Source: Eledone cirrhosa
Taxonomy: Eukaryota
NCBI GenBank assembly: GCA_964016885.1
Contig: OZ024753.1
Coordinates: 1,178,001 to 1,242,000, forward strand
Reading direction: 5' to 3'
Length of the DNA: 64,000 nucleotides
Below are positions 12,159 to 30,720 of this stretch, in pieces (the first letter of the stretch is position 1; every line of letters begins with the position of its first letter). Below the pieces are notes generated by a model. The model did not search any database, was not told where the DNA came from, and saw nothing but the letters and a program-made list of their open reading frames with translations. The position numbers and the translations under genes were made by a program.

Positions 12159-15100
12159 TATAAATTAGAGGAAATGGTTTTTACCAATAGCTGTGTGCTT
12201 GTCTACTGTTTGGTAGGGGTAGCACTTCTTTTTTCCCCCCTTTTTCTAGCCAGCCAGTATGGCCGCCTGACTGGATCTACTCTGAAGCCACATCACACAA
12301 TGATGACCCCTGTTTTATGACCGTTACACACTGCGTGCTGTTTTCTTCAATGTATTTCTATGGAGTGGTGGGGAGGTTACAGTGGGAGTAATGAGTTAGC
12401 AAATGTTATTTCTACATTTCTGTAATGTATGTGGTTTCTTGTACATTAAGTAACACAGCAAATGTTAATGGTGCCAACATTTAAGCCAGAAAACCTCATC
12501 TAAATGATCTCTTCTTGAGGGGAATAAAGGGGGTAGAAGGAGAGGAGTTGAAGCTACTAGTATGTCTACTACTTTTAATCTGTTTAGAAAATATATCCCC
12601 TATGGTTAAACCAGTTAAAGGCAGCTTATGAATCATGCAGTTATTTATAAATGGGATGCAGCACAAGCATGGCTGCATGTGCTTTAGAAGTTTGCTTCAC
12701 AACCACTTGGTTTTAGAATCAGTCCCATTCTGTGACACCTTGGGCAGGTTTCTTCTACTATAACCTCTAAATAAAATATTATCGAACCCATACTAGCAAG
12801 GAAACACAGGTGTAAAAACGATGATGATGATATGATGTATCATAGGAGAATTTTTCAGTTTATTTCAACTATGTCAGCTGCATTTCACTCTTCTTAGGTT
12901 GATAAAATAAAGTGTCTCTGCAGGATAGGTCGCAGGCCCATCTCCATTTTTTTCCGAATGAAATGGAGACTGCAATTTTTTTTCAAAAGTATTGGAGAAT
13001 TGCCAAGAGGTCTTTTTTGTAGACCTCAAAAAAAACATATGACCTCGTTTCAGGACCTGCTGTGGAAGGTCGTGCAGGATTACGGGATCGATTGTCAGCT
13101 TCCTTGTTGCCCTGATTTTTCTATACACATGCCCCCCCCCCCCCCCCCCCCAGTATTTGTGTTCGAAAAAATTCGAAACCATTCAATGCAAGATTTCTCA
13201 GCTCTAGCATCACTCCTTCATAGTCTGCCTATGAAATCTTGCCCTTCCTTTGAGAAATTTTTCATTGTCTTATATAAAAATCAGTTAATGTTTGAATATT
13301 TTAAATGCTATGATATTAACTGACATTCTAATACATATTATGGAGAGTGAGGAAGAGTGTGTGTGTATGAGATATATATATATCCTCCTTTTGAGAAATT
13401 TGTCATTGTCTTATATACATGATATATATATAAAAAATAATCAATAATTTTTTTTTCTTGTTTGGTGTGACAGTGATGGGTAATAAGAATGGTCTATCAA
13501 GTGTTAAGCACTTTGTCTGGGGTTAATGAAATAACAGTAAAATACTAAGTGGTTAATTCACTTTATTTTATCTCTCTGCTTGTGTCAAAAGACAGTAAAT
13601 ATTTTCATTTGTTATGGAAACTGTTCGATATTTCCATCATACATTCCTCTGTCGTCTAATTCTCTAACTATTTTCCACTGCAATATTTACACTGGTTTAT
13701 TTATAGATATTTCTAGTCTCCTCATCTGTTAGTTGCTAGGTGGAAGTAGGAGATGCGCAATCATTCAATTTGCTTTCTATTCATTTGAACCACTTTAAAT
13801 TCTGGATCCATCCAGAAAAGCAGTGTCTTTGTGTCTATTTTTGGCACACTCGTGCACATACATACAAATCCATAATTTATTTTGGATTAGATGAGTCCAT
13901 CTGTGTGAGCGTTTGCAACTGCATTGCGGGATGCATCAGAAATTAGCATATAATGGTTTCTTATTTAGGCACATGGCCAGCAATTTTGGGGGAGGGGAGA
14001 AAGTCGATTAAATCGACCCCGGTGCGTGACTGGTACTTTGCCTTTCATCCTTACAGGGTTGATAAAATAAAGTTAACCTCAGCGAGATTTGAAATCAGAA
14101 CGCAAAGGGCTGTAACTCTATGCCATGAAGCATGTTGTCCGACACTCTACCGATACTGCCAATCCTAGCATATAATGAGATGTAATAAGCTCAAATCTTT
14201 CTGTTGTTGTTTTTGTGTAGGATGGAATTTAGCTGCTATTTTCAGTACGTTAGGCTTCTAAATTGTGTCGTGATACTTCAGTGTATCACCAATAATCTCT
14301 AGATGCATTGAAATTAAGTCATATTTGTTCAGTCTTAATGTGAAGAATATTTGACATTGGATATATTTATTTATTATTTTCTTTGATTAATTTCATTTTT
14401 GTATTTCATATCATTAAAAAAAACTTGTCATGAAAATTGTATTTTAAAAACTGCCTTGTTAATATGAAAAGTTTTGAAAGCTCTGATGTAAAGTCTCCAT
14501 TGTTGATTTGTGTTAAAGATTCTTTATTATATGGTGAAGTCATCTTTCTAAGTTTAGTGTATTGATATTTTAATGTTAGGAACATTCAGCCGTGCCTGAA
14601 ATTTACAGTAGTGGTTTTTTTTTGTCAGAAAAATAAATGCACATCCGTGAAATTCAGATGCATGGTCATAATGTCAAACCTCATTACGTACAGCATTTAG
14701 GCTACACCCATCCACTACCTCCACCAGCACCACTAACTAAGGTAGCTAACTCTTCAGTGTGCCAAACTAATCTAAAACACTCTGTTTTTATTTCATGGTT
14801 GGGAAGTTAGCAGCAGGAAAAACATCCAGCTGTAAAACCATTTGCTCATCTCACCCCATCCATGCAAACTTGAGGAAAATGGGTGTAAAATGGTAAAAAA
14901 AAAGAAAGAAAAATAACCAAACAAAACTTATTCTATCAAGTAACCTTGAAAAAAAAAAAAAAGAAAACAAAAACTCAAGGCAAAAACAAAACAGGATATA
15001 AAAGATATAAAACCATTAAAAATAATTTGTATTTAGAAATAATTTTTCAATTTTTAGTTCTGTTGCGGTTCTTTAGCCCTAGGTTAGTCATAATATAGCA

Positions 15101-15985
15101 GTCCTTATGATCAAAGGCCATCATCATTTCATATTTTAGTGGTGTATAGATAGATCTACAGTATCTAATATGTCCTTCATTTTGTTTTCTTTATTTAAGC
15201 TTAAGCTAGTAGGTTGTGATTTGAAGAAAGCATGGCTGTCAGCTTTTCACAATGGTCTATCCACTAGAAAATATGCTGTAAACATTTGTATTAACAAACA
15301 CACTTTTAGATATTTTTTGTTAAATCTTTACAGGATCTTAAGAGTTAGCCCTTTCATTACTATATCTCTAATGAAAGTCACTGCATATAATTTTCAAATA
15401 ATTTTTTAAATAATCATGAATTTGGAAGGATTTAGTAATATAACTGATTTTCTCATTATGCTGGTGTTTTAGACCATAACTTAATAAAGGCTTTTGCTTA
15501 GAATATGTTGGAAAGGTTTTAGATAAATATAATTACTTTAAAATAAACAAATTTGTATTGTAGAACTAGAAGCAGTTTGGTATCAAAAGAGTGAAGGAAT
15601 TCAACTCTTTGTAAACTCATATGTGGTCATGTGATTCTTTAGAGTTCTTAATGGTATTTTAGCAAAAATATCTCCTTGATTAAATTTTGGTTATTGTTAA
15701 AGAGATGAAAAGTGATGGAAGAAAGCAAAAGAAGCCATCTAATTGTGGCAATAATTAAATTTATTACAATTTCTTGTCATCTCTTAAGATTTTTTTCTAA
15801 ATAGATCTTTCAATATCACATAAAGGATTTCTTTTTGAATTGAATCTAAAGATGTTACTTTTTAATTCTGTTTCAAAGGGGTTAATTAGGAAACCATTAC
15901 AGTTTAGTGTTGGTCTTGTGTGTCTGCTTAACTCTTTAGCATTTACAATACTCTATATATACTATTGTATTTTTGTGGTAAAGAC

Positions 15986-16226
15986 TTTATGGACTGTTAA
16001 CAGTATATATTATTTGATGTGAAGTGTTTAATGGACTGTTAACAGTGTATATTATTTGGTGTGAAGTGTTTAATGGACTGTTAACAGTCTATATTATTTG
16101 GTCTGAAGTGTTTAATGGACTGTTAACAGTCTATATTATTTGGTCTGAAGTGTTTAATGGACTGTTAACAGTGTATATTATTTGATGTGAAGTGTTTAAT
16201 GGACTGCTAGCAGTGTATATTATTTA
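15986..16226. repeat. 42-bp minisatellite, ~5.6 copies
   Basis: atggactgttaacagtgtatattatttggtgtgaagtgttta repeated from 15989 every 42 bp. Confidence 0.95.
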
Positions 16227-17869
16227 GTTTTTAATCCATTGACTGTCGCGTATATTTTACACAGCTACAGTTGCTGTGCCAGGTTTTTTTTTCCAGTAAA
16301 ATGTCTATTTTGATTGACAAACGTCTCATCGATAAACTAGTAACCATATCTAGCTTTGAAATTATGAACTGTTGGAAACGAGTTTATAACTTTGAAGTTA
16401 TGAAATGTTGGAAAGGAGTTCAAACATATTAGGACGAGTTATCTCGTCCGTGGTACTGGAATACATACATGTTAGGATGAATTATTTCATGTATGGCACA
16501 TCTTAACCCTTGCAATTACCATATTTCATTAATATGGCATTTGTAACATAACAAAATGTTCTTTGATAAAGTTATGTTGCAAAGTTTTAATTTGAACAAA
16601 GTTTAAAATGTGTTTTGTTTCATAGAGACAGGGGCAGTTTTGGTATCCAAATTGTTAATAAGAAAAATAGGGAGGTATAAGATAATATTGTAATTACACT
16701 GGAAAAAGAAAAGATAGGATGGTTATGACAGGAACACCTTTCATCCTATACCCACTTAATCAAGGTTAACCCGAGACAAAGCAACACCAAAGTAGTGGAC
16801 ATTATGGTGGTGTGATGAAAGTGTGTGAAAATAAGGCTGTGTATTTGGACTAACAGTCTCCTTGCTTTTATAGACGTTTTGGTCCAATGTCTTTGACTAT
16901 ATTTTGTCCTTATCTTTTACTATATTTTGTCCTAGTGTCTTTTACTATTTGTATTTTGTCCTAGTGTCTTTTACTATACTGTCAAGTTGATTTTAACCGT
17001 GTGAGTAAATTTGGGTAGACAAACTGTAGAAGCCCCTAAATTAGACTGTATTTGTATCGATGATTCAGAAGGCTAGATTTCTTATTTTGGATCACACTGA
17101 TTCTTCTTGAGAATTACATTAGCGTACACATGTTTGTAGAATACTCAGCAAGTTGCATGTTAATTCCACATTCTGTTGATTGTACAATTAGATCATTTAT
17201 TATAACTTATATCAAAAACTGTCAAAAATCTTGCTCAATTATTGTAGATTTTATGCCCCAATCAAAACATAATTAATTCCACTTATATCAATTTCAAAAA
17301 TTTCTCTGCTTCCTTTCTTTTATCTGTCTTTGATTATAACCTAATTTATATATCTGTTATTGCTCTTTTATTATTATAATTGCTCTTGTGGTTAATAAAG
17401 AAAGTATTATTATTATCATTATTATTATCATCATCATCTTTGTAAATTAATACAATTTTTCAAGAGTAGTATCACATACAAAAGAAACAGCACATTTTCT
17501 GGTTAAATGTGACTTGATTCTATTATCTTCTGTTGCAAATATTTCTGATGTCCTTGGGCAAGACACTTAACACATCCTGTCTTACCAAATTAAGAAACTG
17601 TTCTATTCATCATTGCAGTAGTCTGTTACAAACAGCTGTGGCTTCCATGCTTGTCACTGAAGTCATGTTAACTAATTGATTCTGTCTTTATTTTTTCCTA
17701 TGTTGTCCATTTCAATAATTGAATTGGCTATATTTTATTGATTACCAATAGTGTCATTTTGATCTGTGTTTATTGTTTTAACTAAAATTCTTCCTAGTTT
17801 TATTATAAACCATCTTTGGAATCGCTGAAAATTGTTGCTAATACATTAGGTTTGTGGTTGTCTTTGCAG

Positions 17870-17963
17870 TGGTTTGAAGAGAAGCAGCAACAGGTTGAAG
17901 CATTGGACACTCAGCTTCAGAAGTTACATAGAAGTGTAGAAAACTTGGTGCAACAACGAAGAG
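17870..17963 (+). CDS. SNX2: Sorting nexin-1/2 (Vps5 BAR domain) internal exon, WFEEKQQQVEALDTQLQKLHRSVENLVQQRR(E)
   Basis: tctttgcag acceptor, gtaagt donor, 94 nt (phase 0 to 1). Peptide matches the start of the SNX1/SNX2 BAR domain (WFEEKQQQ..LD.QL.KLH.SVE.LV). Confidence 0.93.
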
Positions 17964-18048
17964 GTAAGTGATATCTATGATATTTATGAGCTATTGTTTG
18001 TGTTGTTGAGCTTTGGATTTAGCCTTCATCAAGTAAACCCATGATTAA

Positions 18049-18268
18049 CTCTTTAGCATTTACATTACTCTAAATTTACATTGTATTTTCATGGTAAAGG
18101 CTTTATCTCACATAATTATCTCACATAATAGTGAATCTATGAGATTTTGGTATTATTTATTTTGAGGACAATATCTTAACATAAGTATGAGCTGCCGGTT
18201 ATGGCCCATTTGAACAAAAAGAGGTGAGAGAATTCTGGCCGGATACAGCTGGTTTAAATGCTAAAGGG
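18049..18268. mobile_element. TTAA-flanked MITE, family B (SNX2 intron)
   Basis: ttaa-ctctttagcattt ... aaatgctaaaggg-ttaa. Confidence 0.75.
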
Positions 18269-18342
18269 TTAAAGGATGATGATGAATGTTTTTGTGTTAT
18301 GAGAAGCAAAATTTTATTTTTTATTTTTTTTATTTTTTGCAG

Positions 18343-18548
18343 AGTTGTGTTTAAGCACTGGTCAATTTGCTAAAAGTGCTGCAATGTTGGGCAATGCTGA
18401 AGAACACACAGCTTTGTCACGGGCCCTGTCACAGTTAGCAGAGACTGAAGAGAAAGTGGAACTGTTGCATAAAGATCAAGCCGACCAGGACTACTATGTT
18501 ATTTCGGAGCTGCTGAAGGATTACATCAACTTGATACAGTCTGTGAAG
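18343..18548 (+). CDS. SNX2: SNX1/2 exon, (E)[68 protein letters not shown]
   Basis: ttttttgcag acceptor, gttagt donor, 206 nt keeps frame. [24 protein letters not shown] is the SNX1/2 BAR signature. Confidence 0.95.
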
Positions 18549-19070
18549 GTTAGTGTTAGCTTGTTCAAATAGACTACTGGTAGACTTTCCTTGTAAGGAT
18601 TACATCAACTTGATACAGTCTGTGAAGGTTAGTGTTAGCTTGTTCAAATAGACTACTGGTAGACTTTCCTTGTAAGGATTACATCAACTTGATACAGTCT
18701 GTGAAGGTTAGTGTTAGCTTGTTCAAATAGACTACTGGTAGACTTTCCTTGTAAGGATTACATCAACTTGATACAGTCTGTGAAGGTTAGTGTTAGCTTG
18801 TTCAAATAGACTACTGGTAGACTTTCCTTGTAAGGATTACATCAACGTGATACAGTCTGTGAAGGTTAGTGTTAGCTTGTTCAAATAGACTACTGGTAGA
18901 CTTTCCTTGTAAGGATTACATCAACTTGATACAGTCTGTGAAGGTTAGTGTTAACTCTTTCAAATTCACTACTGGTAGACTTTCCTTGTAAGGATTACAT
19001 CAACTTGATACAGTCTGTGAAGGTTAGTGTTAACTCTTTCAAATTCACTACTGGTAGACTCTTCTTGTAA
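18516..19070 (+). repeat. 79-bp tandem repeat x7 spanning the SNX2 exon/intron junction
   Basis: Unit aaggattacatcaacttgatacagtctgtgaag|gttagtgttagcttgttcaaatagactactggtagactttccttgt at 18516, 18595, 18674, 18753, 18832, 18911 and 18990. Confidence 0.97.
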
Positions 19071-19555
19071 TGTTCTATATCCTGTCATTGTTTCATTTGT
19101 GTCAAATACTTGACAGTCTCCTTAGTGTTGGTGATCTACATGATAAATCAAGATAGGAAAGGCATCCAGCGGTAGAAAGCTTACCAAACAAAGTGTTGGA
19201 TGGAGCCTTCAGTTGTGTCAAAGACATGACAACTTCCCTAGTGTTGGTATTACAATAAGATGCACTCGCTAGAGCACAGAACCAAAAGTAAGTCAGATGC
19301 TGGCCCCCAACCAGTCCATCTGAGAGGTCCCACTGGAGTGGTACTTTAGGATGAAAGACACTGTTGACTTCAGCTGGATTTGAACTCAGATAACTGGGAC
19401 AAATACCACAAAGTATTTTGTCTTTCACTCTAACAATTCTGCCAAGTCACCACTCATGTACACTTAAGTTATATGTTTTTGTTTTAGCTTACACTTAAGT
19501 TATAGGTTTAATGTTTTTCTCAGTAATCCCTATCAAATGTTTGTTCATTAATTAA

Positions 19556-19711
19556 CTCTTAACATCCTCTAATGATTTAGTAGAAAATATCTAAAAGCAG
19601 GTTTGTTAATTGAAATGTGAAAATTTGTAGTATAGACTAATTTTTAATGTGATGCAGTCAGTTAGCTGTTTCGTGCTTTTCAAGAATGCCTGCAGTATGG
19701 GATGTTAAGAA
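19556..19711. mobile_element. TTAA-flanked MITE, family C
   Basis: ttaa-ctcttaacatcc ... ggatgttaagaa-ttaa; shares internal blocks with 10980-11201. Confidence 0.6.
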
Positions 19712-19748
19712 TTAATCATGCTTGATGTATTTTCTCTCCTACTTGCAG

Positions 19749-19892
19749 GATGTTTTCCATGAACGTGTCAAATGTTATAAAAACTGGAAGGATGCTGAAG
19801 TTATGTTGGCCAGAAAGCGGGAGAATAAGGCTCGTCTTGAAGTGGCTCACAAGTCAGATAAATTATCTCAAGCCCAGCAAGAAATTACAGAG
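19749..19892 (+). CDS. SNX2: SNX1/2 exon, DVFHERVKCYKNWKDAEVMLARKRENKARLEVAHKSDKLSQAQQEITE
   Basis: cctacttgcag acceptor, gtaggg donor, 144 nt, phase 0; continuous BAR-domain similarity. Confidence 0.93.
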
Positions 19893-20510
19893 GTAGGGCA
19901 AACTATTAATTACAAAGATTCTTAGGAGTTCGTTGTTGACACAAATAATTTTACAACAGCAGATATTAAAACTTTGAAAAACTACCCATAGCTGAAACCG
20001 GTCAGTCCAAAAGCAAATTATATAACCGTGATTATTTCTGTAAACCCCTTTTTTTATATAATTTATTTTGTATGAACTAATCTTTTTTCATGGTGTACTG
20101 TAAATATATACAGCTCTTTATTATTTTTCATATATATATATTGTGTGTGTAAACATTTTATTTGCATGCATGTACTTAGTGATTCTACCACTACTTTAAA
20201 ACCATTTTGTTGCTATGCAAACTTTTTTATTACATAGCTGTGCCTATATATATTTATATACACAGACACACAAGAATTCACTTGGTGCCATGATAAAATG
20301 CACTCGGTGTACTCTGTTTAATGTGCTGGAATCTATGTAAGCAGACAAAAGCTCTAAACATTCTTTTTGATAAAATTCACCCAGCACACATGTATGTATA
20401 TATACATGTGGCATTCATATATTCTTTTATGCTTTCAGTAGTTTTAGTCGTCAGACTGCAGTCATACTGGAACAGCCATAATATATCTCATTGTATTTAT
20501 CTCTTCCCAG

Positions 20511-20663
20511 TGGGAACAAAAACTGGAGAAAGGCCAGGAGGACTTTGAAAAGATATCAGAAATCATCCGTAAAGAAGTGAAGTTGTTTGAAGTGTGCAGG
20601 GTGGCTGACTTTAAAGCTGCCGTCATTAGTTACCTGGAACATTTGATGGAGACTCAACAAAAG
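20511..20663 (+). CDS. SNX2: SNX1/2 exon, WEQKLEKGQEDFEKISEIIRKEVKLFEVCRVADFKAAVISYLEHLMETQQK
   Basis: ctcttcccag acceptor, gtaagt donor, 153 nt, phase 0; DFE.IS..IRKEV..FE..RV.DFK motif. Confidence 0.94.
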
Positions 20664-20944
20664 GTAAGTAGTTGGTAGAAGAGAGAGTGGACAGTCACAA
20701 GACTGCTGTCAGACTGTATGGAGGGAGAGAGAGGGCGGAGAAAGAGAGACAGAGACCTTATGGTTATATAGTGTTTTAGTTTCGCTAACTCCAAATGAGG
20801 AAATTTATGTTATGGGTTGACTTAAAAATGTACATTTCTTTCTTACAATGAAGGGGCTACTTCTATGAGTTTGTCTATCTCTATTTCTCTCTCCATACAC
20901 ACATACATATATATACACATATATACGTTTCTAACACTTGTCCT

Positions 20945-21650
20945 TCATCAGAAGATAGAATGACAAATAAAAGATGAAATAGAAAGATAGCGAGTGAGAA
21001 GAGGAAGGACAGGTCAGCAGTGAGAGTAGCTCTCTGAACTTTTTCCATCTTATCCTTATTCTAGCTATTATGTTCTCCGAGCACCCTCCTCCATTGCTAA
21101 TTGCAGAAACTTTCAACCATGTCTATGGGCCCTTCCTGTAACTGAGATAGGCTTACATTACTGGTTATCTTCCCCTTGGTTATTCCTGTGCATCCTCTAC
21201 AAAGTCTCCCCTTCCTGTTAGCTTACTTGTTATCCCATTATATCTCTTGTGTACATCGTATAGAGTTTATGCCTACTCCCTTTCTACAGATTGAGGAGGG
21301 CTACTTCCCTGCAGGAATCAGGGTCCTATCTTCTCTCCTACTCACAAACATTTTAATTTTTGGCTAAGTTTACTCTTAGACCTTTTGATTCTAAATTCTG
21401 TTTCAATTGTCAGAACTTATATTCTAGGTCTTTAATGGATTCAGCTATAAGGACTATGGGCAGCCAGTCTTAAACTCTTCTCTTATAGCCTGGAGGACTA
21501 TAACGAATAGTTGTAGGCTAAGAACTGAACCCTGATGGACTCCTACATGTACCTTGACTTCCTCACTAAACTCATTTCCTACTCTCACTTTGCTGATGGT
21601 TCCTCTGCTCTCACGAACCATTCTTTGTCAAAGATGAGATTTCTACAGAA
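20945..21650 (-). mobile_element. Decayed RTE-type LINE fragment (SNX2 intron)
   Basis: ISNGGGCSENIIARIRIRWKKFRELLSLL resembles the post-RT region of RTE ORF2. Confidence 0.65.
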
Positions 21651-21991
21651 CTGAGACAGGCACATGGGACAAATGTTAAAATGCAGATCTGTCCAACCTA
21701 TGGTAGTATAATGAAAGAAATGCTAAAATAATAAAGATCTCTTTCCATCTAAATATTGGGCATCATCATCATCATCATAACTTTTAAGTCAACTTTTCCC
21801 TGCTGGCATGGGTTGGATAGAACCTTTTGTTTAAGGCAATGTTTTACAGCCAGATACCCTTTCGCTTGCTTCTCATGAGATGCAGGGATTCGGTGTACCA
21901 ATTCTAAACCATCTCTGAAAGAAGTTATCATTGCCTTACAACTAATATTTTTCTCATCAATATCTTTTTCTTTTTTTCTTTTTTCTTGCAG

Positions 21992-22042
21992 CTTATTAAA
22001 TACTGGGAAGCTTTTTTACCTGAAGCTAAAGCAATTGCGTGA
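21992..22042 (+). CDS. SNX2: SNX1/2 terminal coding exon, LIKYWEAFLPEAKAIA*
   Basis: Long polypyrimidine tract + gcag acceptor; TGA at 22040-22042; C-terminus is the conserved SNX2-type end. Confidence 0.95.
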   Translation, partial: LIKYWEAFLPEAKAIA

Positions 22043-22307
22043 TAAAGAAAGGTGATATACCTTTAATCTACAGGAGTCGAGGTGGAAAAAAATTGAAATG
22101 ATGTGGGAGGGATTGTGTTTGGAGTGAAAACTGGGGGATTCAGTGTGTCTGACAATATCCGCTACATACAAACTCTACTACATTAATTGTTGTTGTGTTG
22201 GTGGTGGTTAGTGTTGTGGTCAGGGTGGTAGTGACAGTATACAACACCCATACCTCATGTCAGCAGCTGATCCACTTCCCTCTACTACCACCACCATCTC
22301 TACCACC

Positions 22308-22552
22308 ATATGTATAAATATATATATATATTATATATATATATATTATATTATATATATAATATATATATATATTATATTATATATATATATTATATAT
22401 TATATTATATTATATTATATATATATATTAATATATTATATATTATATTATATATATATATATTAATATATTATATTATATTATATATATATATATTAAT
22501 ATATTATATATTATATTATATTATATATTATATTATATATATTATATTATAT

Positions 22553-22622
<70 letters not shown>

Positions 22623-22643
22623 TATATATTATATTATATTATC

Positions 22644-22674
<31 letters not shown>

Positions 22675-22681
22675 TATATAT

Positions 22682-22769
<88 letters not shown>

Positions 22770-22860
22770 TATATATTATATTATATTATATATATTTATA
22801 TATTATATATATTAATATATTATATAATATATTATATATATATCTATATATATATATATG
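22308..22860. repeat. Almost pure A/T low-complexity tract (TA/TATAT)
   Basis: Direct reading. Confidence 0.95.
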
Positions 22861-23385
22861 ACAAATGCTGCAGCTAAAATTCCTGTACCCTGGATTTCAT
22901 AGATATTTAGATGTTTCCATTTATCCTTTGGAAGCATTCATTTCAGGTATTAAAACAAAGGACTACCTTTAAAGAGTCCTGCCTAAAAGAATGAATGGAA
23001 AACCTTAATATTCATGGAACCCAGTGTTCAACTGTAAACATTACTTAATCAAATAAGGTCCTTTTTTTTATCGTCACCATCAGTGGATATATATATGTGT
23101 GTATACGTGTGTGTGTATGTGTGTATATGTGTGTGTGTGTGTATATGTATGTATATAGATATATATGTATGTATATCTATATATGTATATATACTTATAT
23201 ATATACATATATACATACATATATATATACACATTTATACACACATATACATGTGTATATATATATATATATATATACATACATACATTGATGATGATAT
23301 GTATGTGTATATAGATATATATATATACACATTTATACACACACATGTATATATACATATGTGTGTGTATATATATATATACATA

Positions 23386-23421
<36 letters not shown>

Positions 23422-23479
23422 AATGTGTATATATATATGTATATACACATACATATCATCATCAATGTATGTATGTATG

Positions 23480-23524
<45 letters not shown>

Positions 23525-23815
23525 TTATATATATATGTGTGTATATATATACACACATACATATATATATATCCAACATTGAATTACCTACTTCTGATAT
23601 CTAAATCACCACCATTATTTGGCTCCAATCATGACAGTCTTCCCTTTCTCTAAACAATACAAATAATTCAAGGGAAATAACAACATAAGGATATTTTCTT
23701 CCTGGCTTTTCGTAACCAAAATATTGTTTTCTTGTTATTGTTAATTGCTTCATATGAAAGTTATGACAAAAAAAAAAAAAAAGAGAAATTTTTTTTATAT
23801 CCTGGTGTTAAAATG

Positions 23816-23821
23816 AATAAA
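23816..23821 (+). promoter_or_regulatory. Candidate polyadenylation signal (AATAAA) for SNX2
   Basis: AATAAA about 1.8 kb after the stop, in non-repetitive sequence just before large microsatellites; no transcript support available. Confidence 0.3.
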
Positions 23822-23859
23822 GTATGCTCTAATCTTTCACCTGTGTTCTAATTATATTG

Positions 23860-24351
23860 TTATTACTGCTGCTGCTGCTGCTACTACTACTACAGCTACT
23901 GTTACTACAGCTACTACTACTCTTACTACTATTACTAGTGCTACTGCTACTACATCTATTACTACTACTACTGTTACTACTACTACTACTACAGCTACTA
24001 CTACTCTTACTACTACTACTATCACTACAGCTACTACTACTACAGTTACTACTAGTACTACAGCTACTATTACTACTACTAGTGCTACTACTACTACAGC
24101 TACTGTTACTACAGCTACTACTACTCTTACTACTATTACTAGTGCTACTGCTACTACATCTATTACTACTACTACTGTTACTACTGCTACTATCACTACA
24201 GCTACTACTACTACAGTTACTACTAGTACTACAGCTACTACTACTACTACTAGTGCTACTACTACTACAGCTACTATTACTACAGCTACTACTACTATTA
24301 CTACTACTACTGCTGCTGCTACTACTGTTGCTGCTACTGTTGCTGTTGCTG

Positions 24352-24383
<32 letters not shown>

Positions 24384-24610
24384 GTTGCTACTACTACTAC
24401 TGTTGCTACTACTACTACTACTACTGTTGCTACTACTACTACTGCTACTACTGTTGCTACTACTACTACTACTACTACTGTTGCTACTACTACTACTACT
24501 GCTGCTACTACTACTACTGCTGCTACTACTACTACTGCTGTTACTACTACTACTACTGCTGCTACTACTACTACTACTGTTACTACTACTAACACTGCTG
24601 CTACTACTAT
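23860..24610. repeat. (CTA/CTG/GTT)n trinucleotide array
   Basis: Direct reading. Confidence 0.95.
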
Positions 24611-24699
24611 TGCCTTTTATTTATCATTTTTTCTCCCCTCTCTTTCCTCCTTATCTTTGTTGTCTTTGTCTTTCCTGTCTTCACCATTGAACACTCTTC

Positions 24700-25415
<716 letters not shown>

Positions 25416-25609
25416 ACGAATGAGATGTGGTAAGGAACCAGGTGGACCATAACGCACCAAAGTACTCAATACTTGAGGTAGTAGAGTGGGTAATAGGAAC
25501 CAGTAAGACCCCGACAGCTGAGCTCAAGCCGTTTCGACGGCTAATTCTGGTCCAGAATTAGCCGTCGAAACGGCTTGAGCTCAGCTGTCGGTGTCTTACT
25601 GGTTCCTAT
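25416..25609. mobile_element. 117-bp palindrome (25493-25609) plus 77-bp tail inside a (TA)n array; Penelope-like terminus with hammerhead 3' half
   Basis: 58-bp arms around a single T at 25551, one mismatch. Contains GAAAC-GGCT-tgagctc-AGCT-GTC (stem III + GUC triplet); CTGANGA half is absent. Confidence 0.65.
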
Positions 25610-30318
<4,709 letters not shown>

Positions 30319-30720
30319 TTCCATCAATTATCTAGCTACATTTCAAGTTTAACAGTATTCCACTACACAATCAGGCTAAATAATAAAACTATCTTGGGAA
30401 AACTGCCAACTTGCATTTTTTTTTTTTTTTTTTTTTTTACAGCAGCAGCTCTAATTTGTCCATACCACATTCTTACCATGACCACCACCACAATTATTAT
30501 CAACTAGCACTACTACTTTGACAACAACGACCATTATAATGGCCACCAATAACCATACACAGACACACTAGCTCAATATATAATGGATATTATTGCCAAA
30601 CATCTTACATTCATAGTAAGATGTTTGTTTAATAGTTAATCCAACCCTGTGAAGGACACAGGACCTCTTCTTTGCAGGACCTCTGATATTGGAGGGAAGA
30701 AACTAAGAAATGATACTTAA

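Noticed and set aside
19990-20010. gaaaccggtcag hammerhead-like 3' half
   Set aside because: No upstream CTGANGA or stem partners.
23852-24690. Poly-L and poly-V ORFs (also poly-T/Y/S at 40772-41701, and Gly/His-rich ORFs at 38635-39251 and 50470-51007)
   Set aside because: Trinucleotide arrays with no splice or homology support.
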